From Verrucomicrobiota bacterium (lineage in GTDB: Bacteria > Verrucomicrobiota > Verrucomicrobiia > Limisphaerales > CANJSG01), in assembly GCA_038209745.1 (NCBI GenBank), contig JBBQXJ010000019.1, positions 1 through 60,678 on the forward strand: a stretch of DNA of 60,678 nt, written 5' to 3'. The position numbers and the translations under genes were made by a program. The notes below the pieces were generated by a model. It was not told where the DNA came from. It did not search any database and was given only the letters and a program-made list of their open reading frames with translations. Positions 49,941 to 59,347 of the stretch are shown in pieces; position 1 is the stretch's first letter, and each line of letters opens with the position of its first letter.

Positions 49941-50669
49941 ATGAAAATCTCAGATCCGATATTCTTACGGAATCACCTGCTTGGTCTCGCGATCATTGGA
50001 GGGCTTTGCCAGTCGGCCTCGGCCACGGTCATTTCCCTTCCCGCAGTTCCTCAACCGCCTACGACCCGTTTCGGTGCTGGTGCGCGGAATGAGAGCGGTA
50101 GTGCGGGCGGGGACATCAGCCAGATCGGTGTTTCGACGGCAGGACCTTTCAGCTCAGTCAATCTTGTTGGATCGAGCAGCGTGGCGACATTCGCTCCTTC
50201 GACTTCCCACCCGTTTACGTTTTCCTACGATCCGAATGCCATCGGTTCTCCGATGGCTCATTTTACTATCGGTGGATCGACCCTCAATTTATCGGTCAGC
50301 GGCTTGATTCCGGGATCTAGCTTTGTTTTGGAGCTGATCAATGCCGGGACCTCGACGACGGTTTCTGGTTTGAGTTTGGCGGATTTCGGAGGTGGTGCCG
50401 GTCCCAGTATCCTTGCTGGATATGACACGACCTACACCACTTTGCTGGCTAGCTCTGTCTGGCGGATTCCGACGACTGCTTTGTCGGGTGGGTTTCAGCT
50501 GGCTGGTAATTTTAGTTTCAATGCGTCGAACGGATCCAAGAATGGATTCCGAGTGTTCGTGGAGTCTCCGGTTCCTGAACCCGCGACCTTCGCCTTCGGC
50601 ACCGCTTTGATCGGTGGTTTGGTGCTCTGCGAGTCTCGCCGCCGCCGCAAGGGCGGAGTTCGCCAATAG
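49941..50669 (+). CDS. PEP-CTERM domain secreted protein
   Basis: Signal peptide; Ser/Gly-rich body; VPEPAT + TM + RRRRK. Confidence 0.85.
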   Translation: MKISDPIFLRNHLLGLAIIGGLCQSASATVISLPAVPQPPTTRFGAGARNESGSAGGDISQIGVSTAGPFSSVNLVGSSSVATFAPSTSHPFTFSYDPNAIGSPMAHFTIGGSTLNLSVSGLIPGSSFVLELINAGTSTTVSGLSLADFGGGAGPSILAGYDTTYTTLLASSVWRIPTTALSGGFQLAGNFSFNASNGSKNGFRVFVESPVPEPATFAFGTALIGGLVLCESRRRRKGGVRQ

Positions 50670-50687
50670 ATCCCAGACAAGTTATAG

Positions 50688-50719
50688 AAAAGGCAGCCAA
50701 TTCATTGGCTGCCTTTTTT
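50688..50719. terminator. Bidirectional-type intrinsic terminator
   Basis: AAAAGGCAGCCAA-ttca-TTGGCTGCCTTTTTT. Confidence 0.85.
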
Positions 50720-50853
50720 GTTGCGAGCGTTCTGTTGAACCTAAGTGTCCGTCGATTGAGTCCGACTTGTGGCGATTCAGATTGGCTCGTCGATTGAACA
50801 TGGATATCGATTGGCTATCCGACGAACGGCTACGTTGCTTGTGAAACAATTCA

Positions 50854-51471
50854 ATGACAACACGCGCTTGGTTCTCGACGTCAATCTATGCGGCTAAGCT
50901 CACCCGGTCTTCCCCCGAACGGGTGCGCCAAGAATTGCTCAAGGAGGCCTACCAGATTCGGGACAATGATCGTGCGGGCCAAAGATGGTCGAAGAAGCGG
51001 TATCCGGGTGGTTACACCTCCTACAGCTCGCTGAGCCAGTTGCATCGTTTTTCATCCACCTTCATGGATCTCGAAAAGAAGATCCGACGGCATGTGCTGA
51101 AGTTTGCGGACGAGTTGGACTACGATTTGGAGGGTCGGGAACTCTCCATGACCGATTGTTGGGTGAACATCATGCCCAAACAGACGGCGCACGGGCTGCA
51201 CCTTCATCCTGTATCCACAGTCAGTGGAACCTATTACGTCAAGACGCCCAAGGGGTGTTCCTCCATCAAGTTCGAAGATCCTAGGTTGTCCAACTTCATG
51301 GCGACACCCCCCCGCAAGCCAAATTGCCGTCCTGAAAACAGACAGTTCGTCGAGTATCCGGCGGAAGCGGGGAATGTGATCTTGTTTGAAAGCTGGCTGC
51401 GGCACGAAGTTCCGCCAAACCCGGTCAAAGGCGAACGGGTGAGTATCAGCTTCAACTACAATTGGTTCTGA
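50854..51471 (+). CDS. TIGR02466-family protein (2OG-Fe(II) oxygenase-like)
   Basis: YPGGYTSY.SL, WVNIM, HGLHLHP.STVSGTYYV, FEDPR, LFESWLRHEV, ERVSISFNY. Confidence 0.88.
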   Translation: MTTRAWFSTSIYAAKLTRSSPERVRQELLKEAYQIRDNDRAGQRWSKKRYPGGYTSYSSLSQLHRFSSTFMDLEKKIRRHVLKFADELDYDLEGRELSMTDCWVNIMPKQTAHGLHLHPVSTVSGTYYVKTPKGCSSIKFEDPRLSNFMATPPRKPNCRPENRQFVEYPAEAGNVILFESWLRHEVPPNPVKGERVSISFNYNWF

Positions 51472-51634
51472 TCGGGCGACGCTTCTGATTGAACCGTTGA
51501 TCTGCGCTGATCTGCGTTCGCGGGGCACAATCCCACCCGAGGTGTTGATGTTGTCCAGAAGGCGTTGAGCCGCGACAAGACAGTCCTGACCACACGTTGA
51601 CCGGACACCCGCTGCCGGATAGTTTCGGCCCATC

Positions 51635-52021
51635 ATGATTGCCAGTGCAGCCAAGTCCGTTTCCGCCGCCCCGACCATTCGTCAGGGGGACGAGCGTTTG
51701 ATCAAGCTCACCGCGAATGCCGGGCGCAAGGTGTCCACTTTGCTGCAAAAACAGGGTCGCAACCAAGGGGTGTTGCGAGTGGCGGTGGTCGGCGGCGGAT
51801 GCTCGGGGCTGCAATACAAAATGGACCTGCAGGATGGGCCGGCGAACCGGGACATCATGGTGGAGAGCGCCGGGGTGCGGGTGGTGGTGGATCCCAAGAG
51901 CGCTCTCTATGTCACGGGCAGTGAATTGGACTATGTGGACGCGCTGACGGAGGGCGGTTTCAAGGTGACCAACCCGAATGCCGCCACAAGTTGTTCCTGC
52001 GGCGAGAGTTTCAGCGCCTGA
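51635..52021 (+). CDS. iscA: A-type Fe-S cluster carrier (IscA/ErpA/HesB family)
   Basis: VVGGGCSGLQY, VVDPKSALY, GSELDY, NPNAATSCSCGESF. Confidence 0.92.
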   Translation: MIASAAKSVSAAPTIRQGDERLIKLTANAGRKVSTLLQKQGRNQGVLRVAVVGGGCSGLQYKMDLQDGPANRDIMVESAGVRVVVDPKSALYVTGSELDYVDALTEGGFKVTNPNAATSCSCGESFSA

Positions 52022-52032
52022 GTCCTTTTCCA

Positions 52033-52653
52033 ATGGAAGACGCTTTCTCGCTGATGGGACAGTTCCGGCGGCCTTGGCTGGAAGTGGACGAATTAAAGGG
52101 GAGGTTTTTGGCATTGTCGGCGGAAGCCCATCCAGACCGGGTGCATTCCGAGGGCGCATTGGCCAAGGTCGACGCAACGACGAAGTACACCACGCTCAAC
52201 GCCGCCTACAACACGCTCCGCGAACCCAAGGACCGATTGCTCCTGCTGCTGGAACTGGAGTCCGGCGCTCCACCGAGCGACATCCAGCGCATCCCTCCCG
52301 GGACCATGGATCTATTTGTCGATGTCGGACAGACGTGCCGGGATGCCGATCTGTTCCTCGTAGAGAAAGCGGAGGCCACTTCCCCGATGGTGAAGGTGCG
52401 GCTGTTTGAGAAGGGAATGGAGTGGATGGATCGACTCAACGACCTCCAACGGCGGATCAACGCGAAGCGGGACGAGCTTTTGGCCGAGCTGAAAGGAATG
52501 AACCCCGTTTGGGAGGCGGCCCCCGCAGCGGGGGATCCCGGCAGATCCTCGGCGCTTCCATTGGAGAGGCTGGAACAGGTTTATCGGGTATTGAGCTACG
52601 TGGCGCGATGGACCGACCAGATGCAGGAGCGGGTCGTGCAGTTGGCGGTTTAA
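52033..52653 (+). CDS. hscB: J-domain co-chaperone, HscB-like
   Basis: HPD motif (AHPDRVH), LNAAYNTLREPKDR, helical C-domain; follows iscA. Confidence 0.7.
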   Translation: MEDAFSLMGQFRRPWLEVDELKGRFLALSAEAHPDRVHSEGALAKVDATTKYTTLNAAYNTLREPKDRLLLLLELESGAPPSDIQRIPPGTMDLFVDVGQTCRDADLFLVEKAEATSPMVKVRLFEKGMEWMDRLNDLQRRINAKRDELLAELKGMNPVWEAAPAAGDPGRSSALPLERLEQVYRVLSYVARWTDQMQERVVQLAV

Positions 52654-52697
52654 CGGCGTTGCGGTTCCCGTGAGAGGGACTTCAGAGTGGGGAGACT

Positions 52698-53411
52698 ATG
52701 GTTCGCTTCATCGTGTGCGTCGCAGCGGTTGTATCCGTGTCGTTGGGTGGGCGGGCCGCCGACTGGACGGATGCCCTGGCAAAAATGCCTTTGGCCCACG
52801 CCGTGCCGGAACTGAACCGGACGAATGCCGTCGCGTTGATGCTTGGAGCGTTCAAGGAGGATTCGACGGTCAAGGCGCTGATCTTCATGCCGGGCGCGAC
52901 CGACGAGCTCTATTTCTTCGATCGGGACGTGGCCAAGCTCACGAACTCCGCGCCGACCCTCTTGGACGCCATTCGGGCCTACACGAACCAGACCCGGATC
53001 CTTGTGAAGTTCGAGCCGCCCTTCTTGCTGCTCCATTCCAAGGAAGATCCTTTGGATCCTGAGATCGTGGTCGAGAACCAACGAACGGCGGACAAGCTCT
53101 CGAAACGAAAGTTCGACCGGCACGCGCTCTACGACGACGCGCCCTGGCCGGTCATCAAGAAGGATTTCGGCTTCTCGATGAATGTTTTCATGTGGCCCGA
53201 GCCCTATGCCGATTCGGCCAACCATTTCTATCGGCACTCGTTTGCCGGCTGGAATCTCACGGGAATGGAAGCGCTGAAAGCCATAGCGATGGCCGGCAAG
53301 ACGACGGTGACGATCGGGCGGGGGAAGCTGACATTTGAGCCGAACCATCGGTTTATGGAACGGCCGGAAGGCAGCGCGGCCCGGGTGAAGCGGTTGCTGG
53401 AAAGGCGTTGA
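52698..53411 (+). CDS. Secreted hypothetical protein
   Basis: Signal peptide, GGAGA upstream of the ATG, host-like codon use. Confidence 0.7.
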   Translation: MVRFIVCVAAVVSVSLGGRAADWTDALAKMPLAHAVPELNRTNAVALMLGAFKEDSTVKALIFMPGATDELYFFDRDVAKLTNSAPTLLDAIRAYTNQTRILVKFEPPFLLLHSKEDPLDPEIVVENQRTADKLSKRKFDRHALYDDAPWPVIKKDFGFSMNVFMWPEPYADSANHFYRHSFAGWNLTGMEALKAIAMAGKTTVTIGRGKLTFEPNHRFMERPEGSAARVKRLLERR

Positions 53412-53562
53412 TGATCCGGCCGGAATCGGGGCGGTGGCGAAGGGCGACTAATTGCGGCAATTCGGCCGGAGGAAATGGTCAGAAAAACACACCATGCCGG
53501 TAGTTGGGCATGGTATTAGGCTGCGCAAAAGAGATTCGGTTGTTTTCGAAAGTCTTTTGGTG

Positions 53563-53579
53563 TTGGCACGCGCGAAGCT
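53563..53579 (+). promoter_or_regulatory. Sigma54-like -24/-12 promoter
   Basis: TTGGCACG-cgcg-aaGCT; GG(53565-66)-N10-GC(53577-78); lacks the usual TT before GC. Confidence 0.45.
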
Positions 53580-53590
53580 TTTCGGGAGGC

Positions 53591-53719
53591 ATGGAAACCA
53601 CGCAACTTACCGGAAGTTTGAGGTTTGGAGCGTGCCCTGCCGTCGGTGCCATCACGGCGCCGTCAAAAAGTCCCACCTATTGGCCTACCCCGGGCATCGA
53701 GCCGCAATCTCGGTGCTGA
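53591..53719 (+). CDS. Candidate 42-aa small protein METTQLTGSLRFGACPAVGAITAPSKSPTYWPTPGIEPQSRC
   Basis: ATG preceded by GGGAGGC; lies between the promoter-like motif and a terminator. Confidence 0.35.
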   Translation: METTQLTGSLRFGACPAVGAITAPSKSPTYWPTPGIEPQSRC

Positions 53720-53736
53720 CTACGATGATTCATTGC

Positions 53737-53776
53737 CTGGCGGGCGGTTTTCACGAATCGCCCGCCAGTTCTTTTT
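53737..53776 (+). terminator. Intrinsic terminator
   Basis: CTGGCGGGCGGTT / AATCGCCCGCCAG followed by TTCTTTTT. Confidence 0.8.
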
Positions 53777-53803
53777 GGGGAACGTGCCCTGCAGTTCGAC
53801 GGA

Positions 53804-55279
53804 TCAGCGGATTTTGAGCTCGATGTTCCGTCGCTCGAGCGTGCGACCTTCGTGGTAAGCCAAGGAGTTGAGCGCCTTGTTGTAGACGGTGAGGGCGTTG
53901 ATCTCGGCCGAGCGGGCCGAAGTGAGATCCCGCTGGAGCTGCAACACGAAGAAGCTCGTGCTCTTGCCGTTCTCAAGTTTCTTCTGCTCGGCGTCCAAGG
54001 CGGCTTCGCCAAATTCGCGGGCGAGCTTGGTGGAGCCGACCAACTCGTAGGCGGAGCTGATGGCGGAGATGGAGTTGTCGATCTCGACGAAGATCGACTG
54101 CTCCTTCTGCTGGATCTGGAGTTCGTCCTGCACGCGCTGTTCGCGGATCACCCGATAACTGGACCGCGCGGCCCGGTTGCCCAAAGGCATGCTGAAGATC
54201 GCCCCGATGCTGTGGTTGGGGTAGGTGCCGTCGGCCGTCGTGTTGAGCGAGTCGGACCAGTTCCTGTCGCCGCGCGCCGTTTGGCCGTAGTTCCCCTGGA
54301 TTCCGAGCGACGGAAGGGTTTGGTTCTTGCGGAAGCGCTCGTTCAACAGGTCGATCTCCAACCCGGTTCTGAGCTGCTTGAGATCCGGCCGGTTTTCCAG
54401 CGCCGTGTGCCAGCTTTCCACTCGGTTGACGACTTCCGGGATCGCTTGAAGCGTGGCGTTGGGAACGACCTCCACCTCGGTCCAAGAGCGAAAATCACCG
54501 CTCATGAGATCGACCAACGAATTCTGGATGGTGCGCAGATTGAAGGTGGCGGCGATCAGGTCGGACCGCCGGGCCGAAGCCGCCGATTCCGCCTGCTTTT
54601 CGTCCAAGGGAGCCAATGCGCCGACTTCGACCCGTTTCTTGTTTTCGGCGAGGAGCTTTTCGGCCAGTTGCAGGGCCTGTCGCTGCACTTCCAAGTTTTC
54701 CCGCGCGTAGAGGAGATCGTAGAAGGTCGACTCGACCGAAGTCATCACCGTCATCACCTGGTAGGTGAAGCCTTCTTCGGAGCTCTGCAGATTCCGTTTG
54801 GCCACCTCGATGGTAAATTTCGGGGTGTTCTCGAGGAACCCTCTCAGCAACGGCTGGGTCAAGGTGATGCTGGCTGCGGAGTTGATGTTGCCGGGGCCGA
54901 TGTTGCGGTTGAGGTTGCCGCCCAGGCTGTAGCCGAGGCCATAGGGAAGGGTTCCGGCCAATCCCACGTTGCCTCCGTTGTAGCTGCCTTCCTGCGGAGG
55001 ATAGGGGACGCCATTCGCGTCCTTGCCCGTGGGATCCGAGCGCTCGCCCCAAGTGTAGTTCGCGTTGAGAGTCGGCTCATACGATCCGTAGGCCCCTTCG
55101 AGACTGTATTCGAGGATGGCCGGATTTTTCTGCTGGATCCGGATGGTGAAGTTGTTCGTGAGCGCCATTTGCAGGCATTCATCGAGGGTCAACGTGCGGA
55201 CCGTGTTTGTCTGCGCCAGGGCGGGGAGGGCGCCGGCTAACGTGGCACAAATCGCGGCGGCAATGGATAGGGGTCGCAT
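53804..55279 (-). CDS. tolC: TolC-family outer membrane efflux protein
   Basis: Signal peptide; LTLDECLQMALTNN, LTQPLLRG, ALENRPDL, PLGNRAAR, AEQKKLENGKSTSFFVLQLQRDL. Confidence 0.88.
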   Translation of the reverse strand: MRPLSIAAAICATLAGALPALAQTNTVRTLTLDECLQMALTNNFTIRIQQKNPAILEYSLEGAYGSYEPTLNANYTWGERSDPTGKDANGVPYPPQEGSYNGGNVGLAGTLPYGLGYSLGGNLNRNIGPGNINSAASITLTQPLLRGFLENTPKFTIEVAKRNLQSSEEGFTYQVMTVMTSVESTFYDLLYARENLEVQRQALQLAEKLLAENKKRVEVGALAPLDEKQAESAASARRSDLIAATFNLRTIQNSLVDLMSGDFRSWTEVEVVPNATLQAIPEVVNRVESWHTALENRPDLKQLRTGLEIDLLNERFRKNQTLPSLGIQGNYGQTARGDRNWSDSLNTTADGTYPNHSIGAIFSMPLGNRAARSSYRVIREQRVQDELQIQQKEQSIFVEIDNSISAISSAYELVGSTKLAREFGEAALDAEQKKLENGKSTSFFVLQLQRDLTSARSAEINALTVYNKALNSLAYHEGRTLERRNIELKIR

Positions 55280-55337
55280 GGTAGAAGGTCGAAATTGGGC
55301 AAGGTGGTCTGCTTCGTCAAATCTTCGTCACCGTCTC

Positions 55338-55365
55338 TAGACCCGGATTCGTCCGGGGTTGTTAC
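55338..55365 (-). promoter_or_regulatory. Possible ECF-sigma promoter upstream of tolC
   Basis: Minus strand GTAAC-N18-GTCTA, the RpoE-type AAC...GTC spacing. Confidence 0.35.
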
Positions 55366-55449
55366 GGAGATATTCCACACAGACGCGGTCGGTCGGATTT
55401 GGTGACAGTAAGCAAGGGGGCCGACGTGTCCGGGCACCGTGGTCTTCAT

Positions 55450-56439
55450 TCAATGTTTCAGCGCGCGCATCTTGTCGGCGAACTCGCCGTTGCGGGGTTC
55501 GAGACGGAGCGCTTCTTCGAACTGACGGCGGGCGTCGTCCATTCGCTTGGCCCGTTCATAGACCTGACCGAGAACAAAATGGCCCAGGCCCGGACTGGGG
55601 AAGCCGAAGCCGGGGCGGAGCTGCAGATACTCCTTCATCGCCGACTCGGCCTGGTCGAGATGCAGGCCCGAGAGCATTCCGGCGCGGCCGGAGTGGTAGA
55701 GGGTCAGGGCGTTGGTCGGACTGAGTTCACGGCTCCTTTGGAGTGATTTCCAGGCTTCTCGGAAACGTTGCTGCATGATCTGGAGCAGGGCCAAGTTCAG
55801 GTGGGCTTCGGCGTTGGCGGCGTGGTTGGTGACGCAGTTCTTGAGTTCCGTCTCGCCGGAGGGAACGTCGCGTGCGGCGAAGGCGATCTGGGCGGCGGCG
55901 TTGGCGCCCTTGACCGCGTCGATGTTCCGGATGGCCTCGGCTTCCATCGCGGCCTTGGCGTCGCTGCCTCCCATGAAACCTGGAGCGCCCAGATAATAGG
56001 CGATGAGCATCATCCGTGCGTCGATGTTGCCGGGATCGAGTTCCGCCGCCTTTTTGAACTGCGTCAGCGTCTTTTTGGCGAAGCCGGGTCGTTTGAAGAA
56101 GCTGGCCTCGACCGCCATCGTCCCGTAGGCGCGCCCGAGCCATTCGGCGTAGACACTGTTGGTGGGAGCCATCGCCGCGGCTGCTTCCATCTGGGTCACT
56201 CCTTCCGCCGTGTGGCCGGTTTCCAGTGCGAGCCGTGCCTGCCAGAAGCGGACTTTTGCGGCTTCTGGATGCGCTTCGGCGAGCGATTCCAGTTCTTTCC
56301 GACACGTGTCGTCGTCGAAACGACGATATGCGGCGATGGCCTTGGACAGATCGGTCTCCGCCGCGCCGGCGGAGAACGTGCACAGCGCCAGGATCGAGGC
56401 CAGGCGGACGAAGGGTTTGGTGAGGGATTGGAACGTCAT
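55450..56439 (-). CDS. Secreted TPR-repeat protein
   Basis: Signal peptide; WLGRAYG, KAAELDPGN, APGFMGGS, LGQVYE...ALRLEPRN. Confidence 0.85.
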   Translation of the reverse strand: MTFQSLTKPFVRLASILALCTFSAGAAETDLSKAIAAYRRFDDDTCRKELESLAEAHPEAAKVRFWQARLALETGHTAEGVTQMEAAAAMAPTNSVYAEWLGRAYGTMAVEASFFKRPGFAKKTLTQFKKAAELDPGNIDARMMLIAYYLGAPGFMGGSDAKAAMEAEAIRNIDAVKGANAAAQIAFAARDVPSGETELKNCVTNHAANAEAHLNLALLQIMQQRFREAWKSLQRSRELSPTNALTLYHSGRAGMLSGLHLDQAESAMKEYLQLRPGFGFPSPGLGHFVLGQVYERAKRMDDARRQFEEALRLEPRNGEFADKMRALKH

Positions 56440-56449
56440 CGGGCGTGGA

Positions 56450-57466
56450 TCATGGGGTGGCGGCCCGGTCGAGGCGGTCGCGGATGGCCTGCCACTCGGG
56501 AGTGTCGGGCGGCGCTTCGATGAGAATCAGTCCGGCCCCCAGATCGTCGCACGCGTGGAGTTGGGCGTAGAGCGCGCGGGCGAACGCTTCCGGATCGTCC
56601 GGAATGAGGACGACGCGCGTCGGGTCAAGATGGAGCGGCACCCGGTGATGGGTGACGACGTGGACGCGGTCCGCGGGGACTCCGGACCGGTTGATCAAGG
56701 ACTGCAGTTCCTTCTCGTCACGCCAAGCGTGGACCACGAGAGGAGCCTTGGGCGAATAGTGCTTCGTGAGCAGGCCGGGGCTTTTAAGCGTCGTGGCGGG
56801 CGTGGAGACGTTTTGTGAATCCTCGATGCCGAACCGGGCCAGCGCCTGGATCGTGATCATTCCCGGTCGCAGCACGCGGGCGGGCGAAGCGGTGAGATCG
56901 ACCACGGTGGATTCCAGTCCGACCTGGCACTGGCCGCCATCGACGATCAGCGACAAGCGGTCGCCGAGCGACTTGACCACGTGGTCGGCGTTGGTGGGGG
57001 AGAGTTCGTTGGATCGGTTGGCGCTCGGCGCGGCGATGGGGAAACCGCAGGCCCGGATGACCGCCTGCATGAAGGGATGCCCGGGCCAGCGAAGTCCGAC
57101 GGTGTTTCCTCCTGCCGCTACGATTGCGGGGATCAGAGCGGACTTCGGCACGACCAGGGACAGCGGGCCAGGCCAAAATTCATCGGCCAACGCGTCGGCG
57201 ATGCTCGGCCAGTTCGCCGCGCAACTCCGGGCCATCGCCCGGTCACTGACGTGGACGATGATCGGGTTGTGCGAGGGGCGGCCCTTGATGGCGTAGATGC
57301 GGGCCACGGCCTCCGGGTCGGTCGCGTTGGCCGCGAGGCCGTAGACCGTTTCCGTGGGGAGCGCGACGACGTCGCCGGCCCGGAGCCGTTCGACCGCAAG
57401 GGCGATGGCGGCGGCGAACAGCGCGGGAGTGTGGGTCTGGAGGATCTCGGGGCCGGCTCGCTGCAT
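56450..57466 (-). CDS. sua5: L-threonylcarbamoyladenylate synthase (Sua5-type)
   Basis: PTETVYGL, KGRPSHNPIIVH, FWPGPL, AAPSAN, GLESTVVD, SPG...HYSP; alternative GTG start at 57547. Confidence 0.92.
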   Translation of the reverse strand: MQRAGPEILQTHTPALFAAAIALAVERLRAGDVVALPTETVYGLAANATDPEAVARIYAIKGRPSHNPIIVHVSDRAMARSCAANWPSIADALADEFWPGPLSLVVPKSALIPAIVAAGGNTVGLRWPGHPFMQAVIRACGFPIAAPSANRSNELSPTNADHVVKSLGDRLSLIVDGGQCQVGLESTVVDLTASPARVLRPGMITIQALARFGIEDSQNVSTPATTLKSPGLLTKHYSPKAPLVVHAWRDEKELQSLINRSGVPADRVHVVTHHRVPLHLDPTRVVLIPDDPEAFARALYAQLHACDDLGAGLILIEAPPDTPEWQAIRDRLDRAATP

Positions 57467-57543
57467 GGTTCGGGCCGGGAGACTGGGGACAGGATCGAGA
57501 TCGGGCAACGGGGAAGCGACCCCCGGGAAGGGCGCGGGAACGG

Positions 57544-58047
57544 TCACTTTGGAGGAGGGTCCTGGCCACCGTCGTCGGCCGTGGGCTTCTCGGCGGGCTT
57601 AGGATCTGGCTCGCGATCCTTGTCCTTGCGGCTGTTGCGCTCATGCCAAGGACGCATGAAGTCCTTCCGCTCCTGGTTCATTTTTTCGAACTCGGCCCGC
57701 TGCGATTCAGTGAGAAGGGGCCGCAGGGTCGCGTTGGCCTTTTCGATGGCCGCCTCCACCTGGCAGAAGGAATTGCTCTTGATCAGGCCGCTTTCCGACG
57801 AGAGCTGGGCAAAAACCGGACGGAGCTGTTCGCGCTGCTGTCCGGTGAGTTTCAGCCTCGCCGCGAAACGCTCTTCGATCGTCTTGCGCCCGCTGCTGCG
57901 ATCTTGGGAGGGCGGCCCGTCATGGGATCTGGCCGGCGGCTTCCGTTCATGGATGCCATAGACGGTCGCGAGGCTGCCCACCACCGCGCCGACCAAGAAC
58001 ATGGCGGCGAGGATCAAGCTGAGTTTGCCCCGGGTGAGCGTCGTCAT
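57544..58047 (-). CDS. Membrane-anchored periplasmic Spy/CpxP-like protein
   Basis: N-terminal TM; LKLTGQQREQL and LLTESQRAEF (LTxxQ) motifs; third gene of the ECF triad. Confidence 0.7.
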   Translation of the reverse strand: MTTLTRGKLSLILAAMFLVGAVVGSLATVYGIHERKPPARSHDGPPSQDRSSGRKTIEERFAARLKLTGQQREQLRPVFAQLSSESGLIKSNSFCQVEAAIEKANATLRPLLTESQRAEFEKMNQERKDFMRPWHERNSRKDKDREPDPKPAEKPTADDGGQDPPPK

Positions 58048-58376
58048 GGTTTCAGATCGGTTGGGACGAGGGCCAAGGTGAGTTCCTGGTCCATCACCGC
58101 CAGCTCGTGGGTTGCCGGAGCGAAGCCGGTGACGGAGTTGTCCGGAGAATGAAAGGCCAGGAAACCGACCACGATGGCCAAGGCGCCCGCGGCGGCGAAG
58201 GCCTGCCGGAGCAGGGGTGCCAGCCATGGAATGTCTTCCGGTTGCCGTTGTCCCCGCAGCGCGGCCAAGACCCGCTGCTCGAGCGTCCACGGAACCGCCG
58301 CCGCCTCGTCCTGTCGCGGGGGGGCCGCCGCTGCGGATCGCAGCAACCGGTCAAGTGGATGGGTCTTCTGTTTCAT
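58044..58376 (-). CDS. Putative anti-sigma factor (single TM)
   Basis: LDRLLRSAA..PWTLEQRVLAALR + TM; ATGA overlaps with both neighbours. Confidence 0.7.
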   Translation of the reverse strand: MKQKTHPLDRLLRSAAAAPPRQDEAAAVPWTLEQRVLAALRGQRQPEDIPWLAPLLRQAFAAAGALAIVVGFLAFHSPDNSVTGFAPATHELAVMDQELTLALVPTDLKP

Positions 58377-58960
58377 GTCGTCCGTTCCTTCATCAATCTT
58401 TCCAAAGACTTTCTCATCTTCAAGCGGGCACGAAAGGCCCGGACCTTCACCAGAGCCGCGCTCCAGCCCGTTATTGCCTGCACTTCGGCGACCGAACGGC
58501 CTTCCATGTGGAGGCTTTGGACCACCAGCCGGTCTTCTGGTTTCAAAGTCTGGAGGAGCTTTTCCACCAGTTCCCGTGATCCGGCCTGCACCGATGCGTC
58601 CAGCTCTCCGGCCGTCGAGGCCAGATTCGCCACCACAGCCTCTTCTTCCTCTCCCAGATCGGCCATTCGCCATTCGGGCCGGATCGATTCCGCCCGCAGC
58701 GCCGAGAGGCAGGTGTTCACGGCGACTCGGGAAACCCAGTGCTCGAAAGGCATCAAGCCCTCGTATTGGTCCACCCGGGTGAAGATCTTCGTGTAGATCA
58801 TCTGGGCCAGATCCTCCTCTTCCAGCCGTCGGGGCCGATGGGAGCGGATGATCTTCATCACCAACGGATGCAGGTGCTGCATCATCGCCCGAACCGCGTC
58901 CTCGTCCCCGCGCCGCACCCGGGCGAGGCATTCGGGCACGTTCAGTTCGTCGTCGGTCAT
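58373..58960 (-). CDS. ECF sigma-70 factor
   Basis: GDEDAVR, EDLAQMIY, FEHWVSRVAVNTC, EGRSVAEV..TGWS..VKVRAFRAR. Confidence 0.92.
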   Translation of the reverse strand: MTDDELNVPECLARVRRGDEDAVRAMMQHLHPLVMKIIRSHRPRRLEEEDLAQMIYTKIFTRVDQYEGLMPFEHWVSRVAVNTCLSALRAESIRPEWRMADLGEEEEAVVANLASTAGELDASVQAGSRELVEKLLQTLKPEDRLVVQSLHMEGRSVAEVQAITGWSAALVKVRAFRARLKMRKSLERLMKERTT

Positions 58961-59347
58961 GGGCGCGGCGGTCGCAACACGTGGCGCCAGCTTCGCCCCT
59001 ACCAACATGACATCAAGATTGAATGCGATTGCGGTCACCGGGACGGGCCTTTTTTTCGAGGATCCGCTTCATGCAACGACCGTCCGGGCGTCGGCCTTGA
59101 GCCTGCCACTCCAGATGATTCCAGTGCCTTTGTTCGCCACGTGGGAGAAGACTCGGAGGTTCCCGGGCGGTTACGGGCGGCTGTCCATTCAATGAGGGAC
59201 GCAGGACCTTGGGGGCTCGCGGGCCTCGGACCGGCCGCGGCCCCGGCTCCGTCTTCCAGCCGGATCGGGCCGTAGACCGATCCTTTCCCTCGCCAAAAAT
59301 CCGTGTCCATCCGCCCGCTCACGTGCTTAATTCGCCCCCACGAATTT

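Noticed and set aside
53711..53730. Cys-UGA at the end of the small ORF as selenocysteine
   Set aside because: A second TGA follows after two codons, and the downstream hairpin has a U-tract like a terminator rather than a SECIS
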